Shown here: one piece after another, positions 18,051 to 27,934 of the stretch | Numbering within the stretch: position 1 is the stretch's first letter | Layout: every line of letters begins with the position of its first letter | Origin: Chloroflexota bacterium | GTDB taxonomy: Bacteria; Chloroflexota; Dehalococcoidia; Lucifugimonadales; JACPQL01 | DNA length: 64,000 nt | Assembly (NCBI GenBank): GCA_016190445.1 | Contig: JACPQL010000041.1 | Span: 215 to 64,214 of the forward strand | Direction: 5' to 3' | Position numbers and translations under genes: made by a program | Notes under the pieces: model-generated | Databases searched by the model: none | The model's input: only the letters and a program-made list of their open reading frames with translations | Told to the model about the DNA's origin: nothing

Positions 18051-19931
18051 ATGGCGACCATAGTGCAAGCGCTGAGGCGTCCCACCAGCTACACCGGGTG
18101 GTGGAGCTGGGTCACCACCGTGGACCACAAGCGTATAGGCATCCTCTATGGTGCTACCGCCATCATCTTTCTCCTCTTGGGTGGCCTTGAGGCCCTGATT
18201 ATGCGCATCCAGTTGGCCCGGCCAGACCAGACGGTGGTAAGCCCAGAGGTGTTCAACCAGTTGTTCACCATGCACGGGACCACCATGATCTTCCTGGCCA
18301 TCATGCCTCTCAACGCGGCCCTCTTCAACTTCCTGGTGCCCCTGATGATAGGAGCCGGGGACGTGGCCTTCCCGCGCCTGAACGCCTTTAGCTACTGGGC
18401 GTTCCTGGGTGGTGGAATCATCCTGAACCTGAGCTGGCTCCTGGGTGGGGCTCCCAACGCCGGTTGGTTTGGCTATGCCAACCTTACAGGGACGGCCTTC
18501 AACCCCGGTCACGGCATAGACTGGTGGGTGCTGGGGCTCCAGGTGCTGGGCATCGCCTCCTTGGCCTCCGCGTTCAACTTTATCGTCACCATCATCAACA
18601 TGCGGGCGCCAGGGATGACCCTGATGCGTATGCCCGTCTTTGCGTGGATGACGCTGGTCACCTCCTTCATCATGATCTTCGCCTTTCCTGTGATCACAGT
18701 GGCGCTGGTCGAGCTGATGTTCGACCGCTTCTTGGGCACCAACTTCTTCGTCCCCTCGGCGGGAGGGGACCCCCTGCTGTGGCAGCACCTCTTCTGGATT
18801 TTCGGTCATCCGGAGGTGTACATCCTGGTCCTGCCCCCCATGGGCATCATCTCCGAGGTCCTGCCAACCTTCTCGCGCAAGCCCCTCTTCGGCTACCCCG
18901 TGGTGGTGTTTTCTGGCATAGCAATTGGCTTCATGGGCTTTGGCGTGTGGAGCCACCACATGTTCACCGTAGGCCTGGGCCCGGTGGCCAACAGCGTGTT
19001 CGCCATCACCACCATGGCCATCGCCATACCTACGGGCGTCAAGATATTCAACTGGATAGCCACCATGTGGGGCGGCTCCCTGAACACGAAAACGGCTCTG
19101 CTCTTTGCCGTAGGGTTCATCTTCACCTTCATGATGGGAGGCATCAGCGGGGTGATGCACTCCATGGCCTCCTCGGACTACCAGCAGCAGGACACCTACT
19201 TTGTGGTGGCCCACATTCACTACGTCCTCTTCGGCGGCTCCCTGCTCGCCCTATTCGCGGGGGCCTATTACTGGTTCCCCAAGATCACCGGGCGCCTTCT
19301 CCACGAGGGGCTGGGCAGGCTCCACTTCTGGCTGACCATCGTGGCCCTCAACGTCACCTTCTTCCCCATGCACTTCCTGGGGCTGGATGGGATGCCCCGG
19401 CGCATCTACACCTACGATCCCTCCATGGGCTGGGACCTGTGGAACATGGTCGCCACTATCGGGGCGTTCATGCTGGCCGTCTCCGTTCTCGTGTTCGTCT
19501 TCAACCTGGTCACCAGCCTCCGCAGGGGAGAGCGGGCGGGGAACGACCCGTGGGATGGTCGCACTCTGGAGTGGACCGTGCCCTCTCCTCCGCCGGCGCA
19601 CAACTTCGACACTATCCCTGTGGTGCGCAGCCGCGATGCCTTCTGGGAAGAGAAGCACCGGCGGGCGATTGCCCCCGTGGCCGGCGGTTCCGGTCGGATG
19701 GACCCTGGTGAGGAGGGCGGCTACCGGCCTGGACATGACCCACGACATTCCACCATCCATATGCCATCGCCGTCCTATTTGCCGGTGGTGGTGGCCCTGG
19801 GCATCGTCCTGGCCGCCTACGGGCTGGTCTATCACCTGGCCCTCGCCGCCGTGGGCGGTGCCATCGCTGTGGCGGGCCTTTACGGTTGGTACATGGAGCC
19901 GGCCTCGGAGCCCGAGGACACCGGGCAGTAG
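18051..19931 (+). CDS. ctaD: Cytochrome c oxidase subunit I (A1-type) with C-terminal extra helices
   Basis: TVDHKRIG, FTMHGTTM, GHPEVYI, WSHHMF, VAHIHY, GMPRR. Confidence 0.97.
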   Translation: MATIVQALRRPTSYTGWWSWVTTVDHKRIGILYGATAIIFLLLGGLEALIMRIQLARPDQTVVSPEVFNQLFTMHGTTMIFLAIMPLNAALFNFLVPLMIGAGDVAFPRLNAFSYWAFLGGGIILNLSWLLGGAPNAGWFGYANLTGTAFNPGHGIDWWVLGLQVLGIASLASAFNFIVTIINMRAPGMTLMRMPVFAWMTLVTSFIMIFAFPVITVALVELMFDRFLGTNFFVPSAGGDPLLWQHLFWIFGHPEVYILVLPPMGIISEVLPTFSRKPLFGYPVVVFSGIAIGFMGFGVWSHHMFTVGLGPVANSVFAITTMAIAIPTGVKIFNWIATMWGGSLNTKTALLFAVGFIFTFMMGGISGVMHSMASSDYQQQDTYFVVAHIHYVLFGGSLLALFAGAYYWFPKITGRLLHEGLGRLHFWLTIVALNVTFFPMHFLGLDGMPRRIYTYDPSMGWDLWNMVATIGAFMLAVSVLVFVFNLVTSLRRGERAGNDPWDGRTLEWTVPSPPPAHNFDTIPVVRSRDAFWEEKHRRAIAPVAGGSGRMDPGEEGGYRPGHDPRHSTIHMPSPSYLPVVVALGIVLAAYGLVYHLALAAVGGAIAVAGLYGWYMEPASEPEDTGQ

Positions 19932-19951
19932 CTAGAGGGAGGAAAGGCGCT

Positions 19952-20569
19952 TTGCAACAAACATGGGTCGGTGGCCACCAGGTGCCGCACCCAGAGACCG
20001 CCACCGGTCTGGACCACAGGAAGGTCCTGATGTGGGTATTTCTGGGCTCCGAGTGCATGTTCTTCGGGAGCCTTATTGCCACCTACCTGGTGTACGCAGG
20101 GCGTAGCGTGGTGGGTCCCTTTCCCAAGGAGATACTCGACATACCTGTCACGTCGGTCAGCACCTTTGTCCTGCTAACGAGCAGTTTGATGATGGTGCTG
20201 GCCCTGGCGGCCATAAGCCGCGGCGACGTCAGAGGCTTCAGGGTGTGGCTGCTGGCCACGGCCCTGATGGGCGCGACCTTCCTGGGGTTCCAGGTCTTTG
20301 AGTTCAACCACTTTGTCCATCAGGGGCTCACTCCCCGCACCAATCTATTTGGCACCACCTTCTTCACCCTGACGGGTTTCCACGGCGCCCACGTGACAGT
20401 AGGAGTTGTCTGGCTGCTCTCCCTGGTGGGGCTCTCCTTCCGCAAGGGCCACGTGACCCAGGAGAACAGCCTCAAGGTAGAGTTGGCCGGGCTGTACTGG
20501 CACTTCGTGGACATAGTCTGGATTGTCATCTTCACCCTGGTCTATCTCATTGGGGTGACGACTGGGTAG
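19952..20569 (+). CDS. ctaE: Cytochrome c oxidase subunit III
   Basis: WVFLGSECMFF, TGFHGAHV, YWHFVDIVW; TTG start after GGAGG. Confidence 0.92.
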   Translation: MQQTWVGGHQVPHPETATGLDHRKVLMWVFLGSECMFFGSLIATYLVYAGRSVVGPFPKEILDIPVTSVSTFVLLTSSLMMVLALAAISRGDVRGFRVWLLATALMGATFLGFQVFEFNHFVHQGLTPRTNLFGTTFFTLTGFHGAHVTVGVVWLLSLVGLSFRKGHVTQENSLKVELAGLYWHFVDIVWIVIFTLVYLIGVTTG

Positions 20570-20574
20570 AGTTC

Positions 20575-20901
20575 ATGGACAGGGAGAGGTCACCCATACG
20601 CGGAGCGGTGAAGCCCCGGGAGAGGGCCCATCCGACGCCCCTCACCTATGTGAAGGTCGGCACGACGCTGGCCGTGGTGACGGTGGTGGAGGTGGGCGTG
20701 TTCTATTTACACGCAATGCGGCCGGTCATCATCCCCGTCTTCATCGTGCTATCGGCGGTCAAGTTCGTCCTGGTTGCCATGTTCTACATGCACCTGAAGT
20801 TTGATAGCCGCCTCTTCTCCGGTCTCTTTGTGGGCGGCCTCATGCTGGCGACGGCCATCATTCTGGCGCTGCTGGCCCTCTTCGCCGTTTTTACCGGGTG
20901 A
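20575..20901 (+). CDS. Cytochrome c oxidase subunit IV family protein
   Basis: Three TM helices, KFVLVAMFYMHLKFD. Confidence 0.85.
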   Translation: MDRERSPIRGAVKPRERAHPTPLTYVKVGTTLAVVTVVEVGVFYLHAMRPVIIPVFIVLSAVKFVLVAMFYMHLKFDSRLFSGLFVGGLMLATAIILALLALFAVFTG

Positions 20902-20928
20902 GAGCGCATCGCAAGTGGGGGTGGGCTG

Positions 20929-21765
20929 GTGGGTATTTGGCTGACAGGGTGGCACTGGCACGCAGACCAGGTCACCGGGATAGGGCTCCTATTGGCGGCA
21001 TACCTCTGGGGAGTCGGGCCCCTGCGCCGCCGATACAGATGGGCGAAGAGGGTGGAGATCAGGCGAGTCGCCGCCTTCCTCAGCGCGCTCGTCGTTCTCT
21101 TCGTGGCTATCGCCTCGCCCATCCACGTGGTGGCGGAGCAGCTTTTCAGCTTCCACATGCTCCAGCACGTGCTGCTGGTCCTGGGCGTGGCCCCTCTGCT
21201 ACTGGTGGGAACTCCGGGGTGGCTGCTCCGCCCGCTGCTCCGCTTTGGCCCCCTTCTGCACGTGGCACGTCTTGTCACCCATCCCGTGGTGGCCTTCGGC
21301 CTCTTCAGCGCTGTATTTGCTCTTTGGCACGTACCTGCCCTTTATGACCTCGCCACGGCGGTCGAGGCGGTCCACATCTGGGAGCACATGGCCTTTCTGG
21401 TCACAGGGGTGATGGTCTGGTGGCCCATCATGGGCCCCTTGCCCGAGCTGCACCGGCTCTCCGATCCCGGACAGATGCTTTACCTGGTCATTCTTTCCGT
21501 CTCCCAGACCCCTCTCTTCGCCTTCATAACCTTCTCGGGGCACGTGCTCTACCCCTGGTATGCCGGCGGGCCCCGGCTGTGGGGCCTCTCCGCCCTGGCT
21601 GACCAGCAGCTAAGCGGAGTCATCATGAAGGTCCCGTTCCTGGTAGCCTTTGTGACACTCCTGGCTGTGGTATTCTTCCGGTGGTTCAGCCGTGAGGAGG
21701 AGGCTGCCAAAGAGGATGGGAGGGAACAGCCCGGGCCTGTGGGGAACACCACTTCTGCACGTTGA
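20929..21765 (+). CDS. ctaG: caa3-type oxidase assembly factor CtaG
   Basis: FSFHMLQHVLL, WHVPALY, HIWEH, DQQLSGVIM. Confidence 0.9.
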   Translation: MGIWLTGWHWHADQVTGIGLLLAAYLWGVGPLRRRYRWAKRVEIRRVAAFLSALVVLFVAIASPIHVVAEQLFSFHMLQHVLLVLGVAPLLLVGTPGWLLRPLLRFGPLLHVARLVTHPVVAFGLFSAVFALWHVPALYDLATAVEAVHIWEHMAFLVTGVMVWWPIMGPLPELHRLSDPGQMLYLVILSVSQTPLFAFITFSGHVLYPWYAGGPRLWGLSALADQQLSGVIMKVPFLVAFVTLLAVVFFRWFSREEEAAKEDGREQPGPVGNTTSAR

Positions 21766-21822
21766 TTCCAACCAGGATCAGCCTGCGGCCGTCTGGACGT
21801 TCACTCTGGTACGAGGTCCGAC

Positions 21823-23589
21823 TTGCTGAAGCGACTGTATGTGCCCACGGCCTGGGCCGTTCTGGCCAGCGCGCTCCTGGCCATCATTGTAGGCGGCGTG
21901 GTGCGGGTAACCGGCTCGGGCCTGGGCTGCCCCGACTGGCCGCTGTGCCACGGGCGCATCATACCCCCCGCCGACCTGGGCGCATGGCTGGAGTACTCTC
22001 ACCGCGTGGCTGCCGCCGCCACCGGTGTCCTCACGGTCCTTCTGGCCATGGCTGCCTTTAGTCGGTACCGCTGGGGGGACAAAATCCTCTACCTGGTCCT
22101 GGCGGCGCCGGCGCTGCTTCTCCTCCAGGTGGCCCTGGGGGCGCTCAACGTTCTCTGGGAACTGCCGCCGCCGGTGGGCCTGGTCCATACCGGTGTGGCC
22201 ATGGCCTTTGTGGGTTTGCTGGCTGTAGTGGCGGTGAGCACCGCCGGGCCGGTGAAGTGGCAGGCGGCCATTGCCCAGGGTCCGCGGGCCACTACCTACC
22301 GCTGGGTGATGGTGGGCTTGGGGCTGGCCACCTTCCTGCTCATCCTCTCCGGCGCCTACGCCACCCGCACCAACGCCTCTCTTGCCTGCCTGGGTTACCC
22401 CCTTTGCGGAAGGGTTGCCCAAATGGGAGAACCCCAGTGGGTCAGCATGATTCACCGGGGGATGACCGCTCTGGTGGCCCTTGTGATGTTGGGTGCGGTG
22501 GGGGTGGCTTGGGCCCTGCGCCGGCGGGTTGTCTTGACCCTCACTGTGCTTCTGGCCGGACTGCTGGCGGTGCAGACGGGGTTGGGAGCGACTAACGTGC
22601 TTCTGCTTCTTCCCGCCTGGTCCCGAGGTGCCCACCTGGCGGTGGCGGCCCTGTTCTTTGCTGCGGTGATGCTTCTTCTGGGAGTGCTGTGGCGCGGAGC
22701 TTCGGGTGAAAAGGCATTCCCTGGCCTGAGGCGACTGGTGAGGAGCCACGTTGGCCTTACCAAGCCCAGGATCATAGTGCTGCTGCTCATTACCACCCTG
22801 GCGGGTATGCTGGCCGCGGCGGGTGCAGCGGTGCCCTGGGATGTGACGCTGGCCACCCTGGCCGGTGGCTTCCTTTGCGCTGGCGGCGCAGGGACCATCA
22901 ACTCTTACCTGGACAGGGAGCGGGACCTGGTGATGGCGCGCACCAGCCGCCGACCCCTCCCAGCGGGAGAGGTGAGCCCCAGGGTGGCGCTGGTCTTCGG
23001 CATAGCCATATCACTCCTCTCCGTCCCCTTGTTCCTGTACGTCAACACCCTGACCGCCATCCTGGCCGCCATCGCCTGGCTGTACTACGTATTCCTGTAC
23101 AGTATGTACCTGAAGGGGCGCACCACTCAGAACATTGTCATCGGGGGGGCTGCGGGGGCCTTCCCACCACTCATAGGGTGGGTGGCGGTCAGAGGCGTGC
23201 TGGACCTTTCAGGCGTGTTCCTGTTCCTCATTGTGTTCTTGTGGACACCGCCCCACGCCTGGGCGCTGGCGATGCTGGCCAAGGACGACTACCGGAAGGT
23301 CAAGATTCCGATGCTGCCGGTGGTGCGGGGAGAGGCGGAGACGAGCCGCCAGATCCTTCTCTACGGCGTTGCCCTTCTGGTGGTGACGCTGGCCCCTGCG
23401 GTGCTGGGCCTCTTCGGGGCCCTCTACCTCGCGGTGGCTGTTCTGCTGGGAGGTTTCTTGCTGGCCCTGGCTCTCAGGCTGTACCGCTCGCCCGACCGCG
23501 TGTGGGCATCCCGCCTGTACCGGTACTCCACGGTCTACCTGGGGTTGCTGTTCCTGGCCCTGGTCTTGGACCGCACCCTGATGAGCTAG
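21823..23589 (+). CDS. ctaB: Fused heme A synthase (CtaA) - heme O synthase (CtaB)
   Basis: N-half GSGLGCPDWPLC, EYSHR, IHR; C-half LTKPRII, DRERDLVMARTSRRPLP, WTPPH, DDYRKVKIPMLP. Confidence 0.92.
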   Translation: MLKRLYVPTAWAVLASALLAIIVGGVVRVTGSGLGCPDWPLCHGRIIPPADLGAWLEYSHRVAAAATGVLTVLLAMAAFSRYRWGDKILYLVLAAPALLLLQVALGALNVLWELPPPVGLVHTGVAMAFVGLLAVVAVSTAGPVKWQAAIAQGPRATTYRWVMVGLGLATFLLILSGAYATRTNASLACLGYPLCGRVAQMGEPQWVSMIHRGMTALVALVMLGAVGVAWALRRRVVLTLTVLLAGLLAVQTGLGATNVLLLLPAWSRGAHLAVAALFFAAVMLLLGVLWRGASGEKAFPGLRRLVRSHVGLTKPRIIVLLLITTLAGMLAAAGAAVPWDVTLATLAGGFLCAGGAGTINSYLDRERDLVMARTSRRPLPAGEVSPRVALVFGIAISLLSVPLFLYVNTLTAILAAIAWLYYVFLYSMYLKGRTTQNIVIGGAAGAFPPLIGWVAVRGVLDLSGVFLFLIVFLWTPPHAWALAMLAKDDYRKVKIPMLPVVRGEAETSRQILLYGVALLVVTLAPAVLGLFGALYLAVAVLLGGFLLALALRLYRSPDRVWASRLYRYSTVYLGLLFLALVLDRTLMS

Positions 23590-23591
23590 GA

Positions 23592-23957
23592 ACCCTCACC
23601 CCCTGTATCCCCCGCTCCCTTACCAAGGGAGCGGGGGCAGGAAGTAAGGAAGCTGGGGGATACCCCCAGACCCCCAGGCAAGGGGGCTCCGCCCCCTTAC
23701 CAATCCCCCTGAACTATGCAGTGAAACTCTGAGATACTACACTAGGGGGTGTTCGGGAAAACCCTCACCCCCTGTATCCCCCGCTCCCTTACCAAGGGAG
23801 CGGGGGCAGGAATTAAGGAAGCTGGGGGATACCCCCAGACCCCCAGGCAAGGGGGCTCCGCCCCCTTACCAATCCCCCGGAACTATGCAGTGAAACTCTG
23901 AGATACCACACTAGGGGGTGTTCGGGAAAACCCTCACCCCCTGTATCCCCCGCTCCC
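23592..23957. repeat. Tandem direct repeat, 169-bp unit, two full copies plus a partial third
   Basis: Units start at 23592, 23761 and 23930; the two full copies differ at only a few positions; internal hairpins CCCCCGCTCCCTTACCAAGGGAGCGGGGG and CTGGGGGATACCCCCAG. Confidence 0.92.
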
Positions 23958-24017
23958 GCACACGGGCTTTGCCCCAAAACTGTCACTACTGTGAGAATAG
24001 GCCTGGCGGGCCTGGGA

Positions 24018-24190
24018 TGTCATGCTGAGGAGGTGGTTGGACTCCTTCGCCTGGAACACCGATTGCCGACGAAGTCCCGACTCCGTCGAGGACTCGCGAC
24101 AGAGTCGGAGCATCTGGGGCGGCGGCATTTTCACTCTTCGTGGTGGCCATCACAAAGGGGGCACGGACGATTCTGACGAGTCCGGATGAC
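24018..24190. repeat. Palindromic repeat, same family as 5644-5742
   Basis: TGTCATGCTGAGGAG start; 52 bp identical to 5691-5742. Confidence 0.8.
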
Positions 24191-24305
24191 ATCGGAATGG
24201 GGCGGCTGGGATAAGAACAGGGCAACCCCACCGCCCCAGACCCTTCGGGTGACATGTGAAGCGGAAAAGGCCTGTAGACGGCCTCAGCCAAGTGCCGGCG
24301 GGACG

Positions 24306-24908
24306 CTAAGAGGGGCGGCTTCTGAGGGACCTGCCAGGTGAGGCCGCCAGGGTAGAGGGCAGCCGGTGCAGGAGTTCCTTGAGCCGGCCAATGCCTGGCA
24401 GGGGGGGCATGGGGCCTATGTGGCGCACCTTGAGCCGGATGAAGACAGGGCCCCGAACACTCAGTACCTCGTCCAGGGTGGTGGCAAGCTCCTCCAGGTT
24501 GTCGAAATCGTACACAGCGGGGTAGCCGGCGGCCTTAGCCATGGCGGCCAGGTTGGCCTTCTCTCCCCCGGGAACTGGAATGTCCCCGATGCTGGTGTAG
24601 GCGCCGTCGTCAAAGACGAAGTGGGCCAGGTTGGTGGGCGCCTTGTTGGCGATGGTGACCAGTGTGCCCAGGTTCATCAACAGGGAGCCGTCGCCGTCCA
24701 GCACCAGCACCTGACGGTCGGGGGCGGCCAGGGCCAGCCCCAGGCCCAGGGAGGAGGCCTTGCCCATGCACCCTGTCAGGGGCACGTCCAACTCTGGCCG
24801 CTCGCTGATGGTCGTCCATAGCCGGAGGGCGCTCATTGTGGCCACCACCAGCGCCTCGCCGCGTCTCTGGCTGATGGCCCGCGCCGCGTCCTGCGAGTTG
24901 ATGACCAT
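24306..24908 (-). CDS. ThDP-binding decarboxylase beta subunit (ComE/phosphonopyruvate decarboxylase-like), diverged copy 3
   Basis: GCMGKASSLGLG, LDGDGSLLMNLG, GPVFIRLKV. Confidence 0.88.
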   Translation of the reverse strand: MVINSQDAARAISQRRGEALVVATMSALRLWTTISERPELDVPLTGCMGKASSLGLGLALAAPDRQVLVLDGDGSLLMNLGTLVTIANKAPTNLAHFVFDDGAYTSIGDIPVPGGEKANLAAMAKAAGYPAVYDFDNLEELATTLDEVLSVRGPVFIRLKVRHIGPMPPLPGIGRLKELLHRLPSTLAASPGRSLRSRPS

Positions 24909-24918
24909 TCTCGCCCCC

Positions 24919-25494
24919 TTACTGGCGCAGGGCCTTCCACACCCTGGGATATGCCTCGGGAGTGCGGGCAAAGGCAGGCCGCTGACCGATGGGCCTGGTC
25001 TCGATCTCTGGCACCGTCTTCAGGCAGACGAAGACCGGGCCGTTGCCTGAGAATATCTCCGGGGCGGTGGTGGCGAACTCCTCCAGGTTGTCGAACTCGT
25101 ACGCCGCCTTGAACCCGCACTCCCGGGCCATCCCGGTGAAGCTGGCGAAATCGTGTCCCGGCACAGGCTGGCCCCCGGTAATGCAGTAGGCCCCGTTGGC
25201 CATCACGAAGTACACCAGGTTCTTGGGGGCCTTGTTGGCCATGGAAACGAGGGTCCCCAGGTTCATCACCAGGCTCCCGTCGCCGTCGAAAACGATAACC
25301 TTGCGCTCTGGGCGTGCCAGGGCGATGCCCAGGGCCATGGAGGAGCCCTTGCCCATGGCGCCTGTCAGAGCGAGGTCCAGGTCCGGCTTATCAGTTATGG
25401 TTGGCCAGTGGCGGCCAGAGGTCATAGCGGGAATGACCACCGCGTCGCCCCGGTACCGGGAGACAATCTCAAGGGCAGCGTGCAGATCAATCAT
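24919..25494 (-). CDS. ThDP-binding decarboxylase beta subunit, copy 2
   Basis: GAMGKGSSMALG, FDGDGSLVMNLG, ANGAYCITGGQP. Confidence 0.9.
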   Translation of the reverse strand: MIDLHAALEIVSRYRGDAVVIPAMTSGRHWPTITDKPDLDLALTGAMGKGSSMALGIALARPERKVIVFDGDGSLVMNLGTLVSMANKAPKNLVYFVMANGAYCITGGQPVPGHDFASFTGMARECGFKAAYEFDNLEEFATTAPEIFSGNGPVFVCLKTVPEIETRPIGQRPAFARTPEAYPRVWKALRQ

Positions 25495-25540
25495 GGGTCG
25501 TGCTCCTTTCCAGGCATCGTTATCGGGGCCGCGCCGTCAG

Positions 25541-26116
25541 CTAGCTGCGGAGCGCCTTCCACACCCTGGGCCAAGCCTCGGGAGTGCGTATCTGCCCTGT
25601 ACGCTGGCCGATGGGCCGCGTCTCAGCTTCAGGCGCCACCTTCAGGCAGACGAACACCGGGCCCTCCCGTGAGAAGACCTCTCGGGCGCTGGTGGCCAGC
25701 TCCTCCAGATTGTCGAACTCGTATACCGCCTTGTACCCGCACTCCCTGGCCATTCCGGCAAAGCTGGCGAAGTCGTGCCCTGGCACGGGCTGGCCCCCGG
25801 TGGTGGCGTACATGCCGTTCTGCACCACGCAGTGGACCAGGTTCTTGGGTGCCTTGTTGGCTACGCTGATGAGGGAGCCGAGGTTCATCACCAAGGCGCC
25901 GTCCCCGTCCAGCAGTATCACCTTGCGGCCCGGCTGGCCCAGGGCTATCCCCAGGGCAAGGGAGGAACCCTTGCTCATGGCCCCTGTGAGAGGGAGGTCC
26001 AGGTTCTTGTTGTTGGTGAGGACATTCCAGTGACGGCTGGCGGTGGAGCAGGCGACCACCACAGCGTCACGCCGGTGTTGGAGTACTACCCGCAATGCAT
26101 CGTCCATATCAATCAC
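25541..26116 (-). CDS. ThDP-binding decarboxylase beta subunit, copy 1
   Basis: GAMSKGSSLALG, LDGDGALVMNLG, QNGMYATTGGQP. Confidence 0.9.
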   Translation of the reverse strand: MIDMDDALRVVLQHRRDAVVVACSTASRHWNVLTNNKNLDLPLTGAMSKGSSLALGIALGQPGRKVILLDGDGALVMNLGSLISVANKAPKNLVHCVVQNGMYATTGGQPVPGHDFASFAGMARECGYKAVYEFDNLEELATSAREVFSREGPVFVCLKVAPEAETRPIGQRTGQIRTPEAWPRVWKALRS

Positions 26117-26118
26117 GG

Positions 26119-26622
26119 CTAGTCATACTCCTTCCCCACCAGTACCGCCACTGCGCGGTGGGTGCGCTCCGCCTCCTCAAAGGCGTTGGAGATGAGGGAG
26201 ACGTCCCGGTTGGACTCGATCACGTAGTGGTTGATATGCCACGCAGTGAGGATAGGCTCCAGGTAGCGGGCAGCGGAGTCGGTGGTGACACGATGGCCTG
26301 TCCAGCCTCGGTAGCCTATCATCATGACCAGAGGGAGGTCCAAGTCCAGGACCAGGCCTCGCACAGAGTCTCCGGACTCCATCAGGCCCGTGTTCTGGAT
26401 CAGCACGACCGGCTTTTTGCCCCCGAGCATCAGGCCCGCCGCCACGGCCATGCTCTCACCCTCACGGCAGACGGATACCAGGTCGAAGCTCTTGTCCGCC
26501 ATCATGGCCTGGTACATGAAGTTGCTCTCACTATCGGGCAGCCAGACCACATGGGTCACCCCGTTCTTCTTCCACTGGGCTATGATATCTGCTGGGTTGA
26601 GCCGCTGGGTTCGAGTTGTCAT
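26119..26622 (-). CDS. ThDP decarboxylase alpha (pyrimidine-binding) subunit, ComD-like
   Basis: WLPDS, CREGESMAVAAG (catalytic Glu region), IQNTG, MIGYRG. Confidence 0.88.
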   Translation of the reverse strand: MTTRTQRLNPADIIAQWKKNGVTHVVWLPDSESNFMYQAMMADKSFDLVSVCREGESMAVAAGLMLGGKKPVVLIQNTGLMESGDSVRGLVLDLDLPLVMMIGYRGWTGHRVTTDSAARYLEPILTAWHINHYVIESNRDVSLISNAFEEAERTHRAVAVLVGKEYD

Positions 26623-26838
26623 CGTTGTAGTCCTCCTGGGGTGGATTTAGCCTGAAAGCGCTCTCCTGAACAGGGCAAGGCGCATTGTAACGGTGCCACC
26701 CCCGGTTGGCAAGGGTGTGTACCCGTCGGGCCTATGCAGGTTGTCTGCCAATGGGAAAAGTGCTACAATCCCGCCGTTTGTGGGCACGCGGCCCGCGTGC
26801 CCATGCGCTATTGGGCTGTCGAAAGGAGCTGGCAAGCT

Positions 26839-27915
26839 GTGGGTAGGATCAATGTAGCCATTATCGGCGTGGGGAACTGCGCTTCCTCGTTGGTGCAGGG
26901 CATCCAGAAGTACAGAGAAGCTCCTGAGGATGGCTTCATCCCAGGGCTGATGCACACGGTGCTGGGGGGCTATCACATTGGGGACATCCAGTTTGTGGCA
27001 GCCTTCGATGTGGACAAGAACAAGGTGGGCAAGGACCTCTCGGAGGCCGTCTTTACCCGCCCTAACAACACCATCCAGTTCGCCGAGGTGCCGGAGGTGG
27101 GGGTGAAGGTGGAGCGGGGCATGACCCACGACGGCCTGGGCAAGTACCTGTCCCAGGTCATCGAGAAGGCGCCTGGCCCCACGGCGGATGTGGCCGGCAT
27201 TCTTCGGGAGCGCAAGGTGGATGTGGTGGTGAACTACCTCCCCGTGGGCAGCGAGGAGGCCACCAAGTGGTATGTGGAGCAGGTGCTGAGCGCCGGATGC
27301 GCCCTGGTCAACTGCATCCCCGTCTTTATCGGCCGGGAGGCCTACTGGCAAAAGCGGTTCCGGGACCGCGGTCTTCCTATCATTGGTGATGACATCAAGT
27401 CCCAGGTGGGCGCCACCATAACCCACCGCGTGCTCACCAGGCTGTTCCAGGACCGGGCAGTAAAGCTGGAGCGGACCTACCAGCTCAACTTTGGTGGCAA
27501 CACGGACTTCCTGAATATGCTGGAGCGCGAGCGTCTCCAGTCCAAGAAGGAGTCCAAGACCAACGCGGTGATCTCTCAACTCGATCACGACATCGGGCCG
27601 GACAACATTCACATCGGCCCCAGCGACTACGTCCCCTGGCTCAGTGACAGGAAGTGGTGCTACATTCGTATGGAGGGGCGTACCTTCGGCGATGTGCCCC
27701 TGAACCTGGAGGCAAAGCTGGAGGTGTGGGACTCGCCCAACTCAGCGGGCGTGGTGGTGGACGCCATCCGCTGCTGCAAGTTAGCGCTGGACCGGGGGAC
27801 AAGCGGTACCCTGGTGGGTCCTGCCGCCTACTTCATGAAGTCTCCGCCCATCCAGTACACCGACCAGGTGGCCCAATCCATGGTGGAGGCCTTTATACGG
27901 GGAGAGGAAGGGTAG
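26839..27915 (+). CDS. ino1: myo-inositol-1(3)-phosphate synthase
   Basis: [44 protein letters not shown]; GTG start after AAGGAG. Confidence 0.95.
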   Translation: MGRINVAIIGVGNCASSLVQGIQKYREAPEDGFIPGLMHTVLGGYHIGDIQFVAAFDVDKNKVGKDLSEAVFTRPNNTIQFAEVPEVGVKVERGMTHDGLGKYLSQVIEKAPGPTADVAGILRERKVDVVVNYLPVGSEEATKWYVEQVLSAGCALVNCIPVFIGREAYWQKRFRDRGLPIIGDDIKSQVGATITHRVLTRLFQDRAVKLERTYQLNFGGNTDFLNMLERERLQSKKESKTNAVISQLDHDIGPDNIHIGPSDYVPWLSDRKWCYIRMEGRTFGDVPLNLEAKLEVWDSPNSAGVVVDAIRCCKLALDRGTSGTLVGPAAYFMKSPPIQYTDQVAQSMVEAFIRGEEG

Positions 27916-27934
27916 GGGGCTGCGGCACATACCC

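Noticed and set aside
23592-23957. Possible CRISPR array
   Set aside because: The units are 169 bp and near-identical, with no unique spacers and no cas genes nearby.
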